Assembly (NCBI RefSeq): GCF_945862485.1 | Contig: NZ_CAMAYF010000001.1 | Span: 25,401 to 89,400, forward strand | Direction: 5' to 3' | Source: Sphingorhabdus sp. EL138 | GTDB lineage: Bacteria; Pseudomonadota; Alphaproteobacteria; Sphingomonadales; Sphingomonadaceae | Length of the DNA stretch: 64,000 nt | Shown: positions 63,111 to 64,000 of the stretch, one piece after another | Layout of the letters: each line of letters begins with the position of its first letter | How positions within the stretch are numbered: position 1 is the first letter of the stretch | The notes under the pieces: generated by a model | Seen by the model: the letters and a program-made list of their open reading frames with translations, nothing else | Told to the model about the DNA's origin: nothing | The model's database searches: none | Translations under genes and position numbers: made by a program

Positions 63111-64000
63111 ATGGCATCGACGATCTGGGTAAATAAAAAGGCGCTGACCGAAACACAGGTGCATGACACAGCATTGTTGCCGCTCGCAGACGGCGCCGTT
63201 CGTTTGCGGATTGAAAGCTTCTCGGTCACGGCAAACAACATCACTTATGCCGTCATCGGTGACATGTTTGGCTATTGGAACTTCTTTCCGGCAGCAGGTG
63301 ATTTTGGCGTCGTGCCAATGTGGGGTCATGCCATGGTCGAAGAATCGCATTGCCCCGAAATTGCCGTTGGCGAGCGGGTCTATGGCTATTTACCGATGGG
63401 AACGCATCTTGATGTCGTACCCGGCAAGATCAGTATGGGCGGCTTCACGGATATGGCCGCACACCGTCAACCCATGAGCCCCATCTACAACCAATATAGC
63501 CGCCTTGCTTCCGACCCAGAACATGACGCCGAAAAAGAGGCAGAGCGTATGTTATTCGGGCCTTTATTCAAAACCGGCTTCTTAATTGAAGCCATGCTGC
63601 GCCGAGAAAGCTGGTTTAACGCAGAAACCCTTCTCATCACTAGCGCTTCATCCAAAACGGCCATGGGCCTTGCAAGCGTCGCTAAGGATTTATCGCCTAG
63701 CATAAAGCGTATTGGTCTGACCTCGAAAGGCAATGTGGGGTTTGTCGTCGGGACTGGCCTGTACGACGAAGTCATCGCGTATGATGCAGTCGATACCCTG
63801 CCCAAGACCGCTTCGGTATGCGTCGATTTTGCCGGCAATTCGCGCTTACTCCGGGCGATCCACGAAAGGCTGGCCAACCATCTAGAATATAGCTGTTTGG
63901 TCGGTGCCACCCATGTTGATGCAAGAGGCCCCAACAGTGCTGGCGCAAGCGGCAGCGAGATGCCAGGACCGAAGCCCATCCTGTTCTTCGCCCCTGATCA
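63111..64000 (+). CDS. DUF2855-like protein (MDR-like fold), 3' end outside the window
   Basis: GAGGAG Shine-Dalgarno 9 nt upstream of the ATG at 63111, and the frame stays open to the window edge. It is absent from the track because it has no stop. The translation MASTIWVNKKALTETQVH...FSVTANNITYAVIGDMFGYWNFFP...LFGPLFKTGFLIE...SASSKTAMGLA...YSCLVGATHV matches my recollection of DUF2855. Confidence 0.65.
   Translation, partial: MASTIWVNKKALTETQVHDTALLPLADGAVRLRIESFSVTANNITYAVIGDMFGYWNFFPAAGDFGVVPMWGHAMVEESHCPEIAVGERVYGYLPMGTHLDVVPGKISMGGFTDMAAHRQPMSPIYNQYSRLASDPEHDAEKEAERMLFGPLFKTGFLIEAMLRRESWFNAETLLITSASSKTAMGLASVAKDLSPSIKRIGLTSKGNVGFVVGTGLYDEVIAYDAVDTLPKTASVCVDFAGNSRLLRAIHERLANHLEYSCLVGATHVDARGPNSAGASGSEMPGPKPILFFAPD

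Noticed and set aside
63485-63979. 164-aa minus-strand ORF at the right edge
   Set aside because: It is antisense to the open DUF2855-like frame, which has a Shine-Dalgarno sequence, an ATG and family-like motifs. The plus-strand gene is missing from the track only because its stop lies outside the window.

Overview
This looks like a chromosomal, mostly housekeeping segment of an alphaproteobacterium. The gene content and order look Sphingomonadales-like (MucR/Ros, bolA-J domain-cobS-cobT, CIRCE-groESL, several TonB-dependent receptors, H+-PPase), but the taxon is inference only. I call about 65 protein genes, two tRNAs (Thr-UGU, Phe-GAA), a CIRCE operator and a few hairpin terminators. The genes are tightly packed, with many 1-4 nt start/stop overlaps.

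I see no rRNA, CRISPR, transposase, integrase, phage genes or recognisable defence system.

Gene blocks in order:
- tsaB-rimI, mucR, fur, plsC-like, then miaB-phoH-ybeY-corC
- MOSC protein, GT4 glycosyltransferase, rarA plus a coupled hypothetical gene
- tRNA-Thr, SurE-like phosphatase, two TonB-dependent receptors, tRNA-Phe
- yacG-rng-like-maf-infA, a TonB-dependent-receptor-like outer membrane protein, hppA
- hisG-hisD-nusB-thiL
- bolA, J-domain protein, cobS, peroxiredoxin, DUF900 lipoprotein, cobT
- nitroreductase, cysS, 2-hydroxyacid dehydrogenase, groESL, hisBHAF, sspB-fumC, gmk
- crcB-rluC-like-paiB-HAD-small ORF-ATP12 chain, then acnA
- mccB-[DUF559]-mccA-MaoC-CitE, ribBA-ribH, and a partial DUF2855 gene at the right edge

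The unusual signal is all small-scale:
1. A hairpin-forming MITE/REP-like repeat family has 5 copies, one of them in frame inside cysS.
2. A GC-rich double-hairpin repeat has 3 copies. Two of them, in inverted orientation, bracket a DUF559 endonuclease-like ORF wedged exactly between mccB and mccA.
3. ribBA carries an XRE-like HTH N-terminal extension, and twin palindromes sit in its promoter.
4. cobS and cobT are split by two exported-protein genes.
5. A MaoC/CitE pair sits behind the methylcrotonyl-CoA carboxylase genes, as in the mycobacterial leucine-catabolism cluster.
6. A 46-aa DUF2256 ORF is missing from the ORF track.

I do not see a convincing large novel multi-gene system, and the interest scores reflect that.
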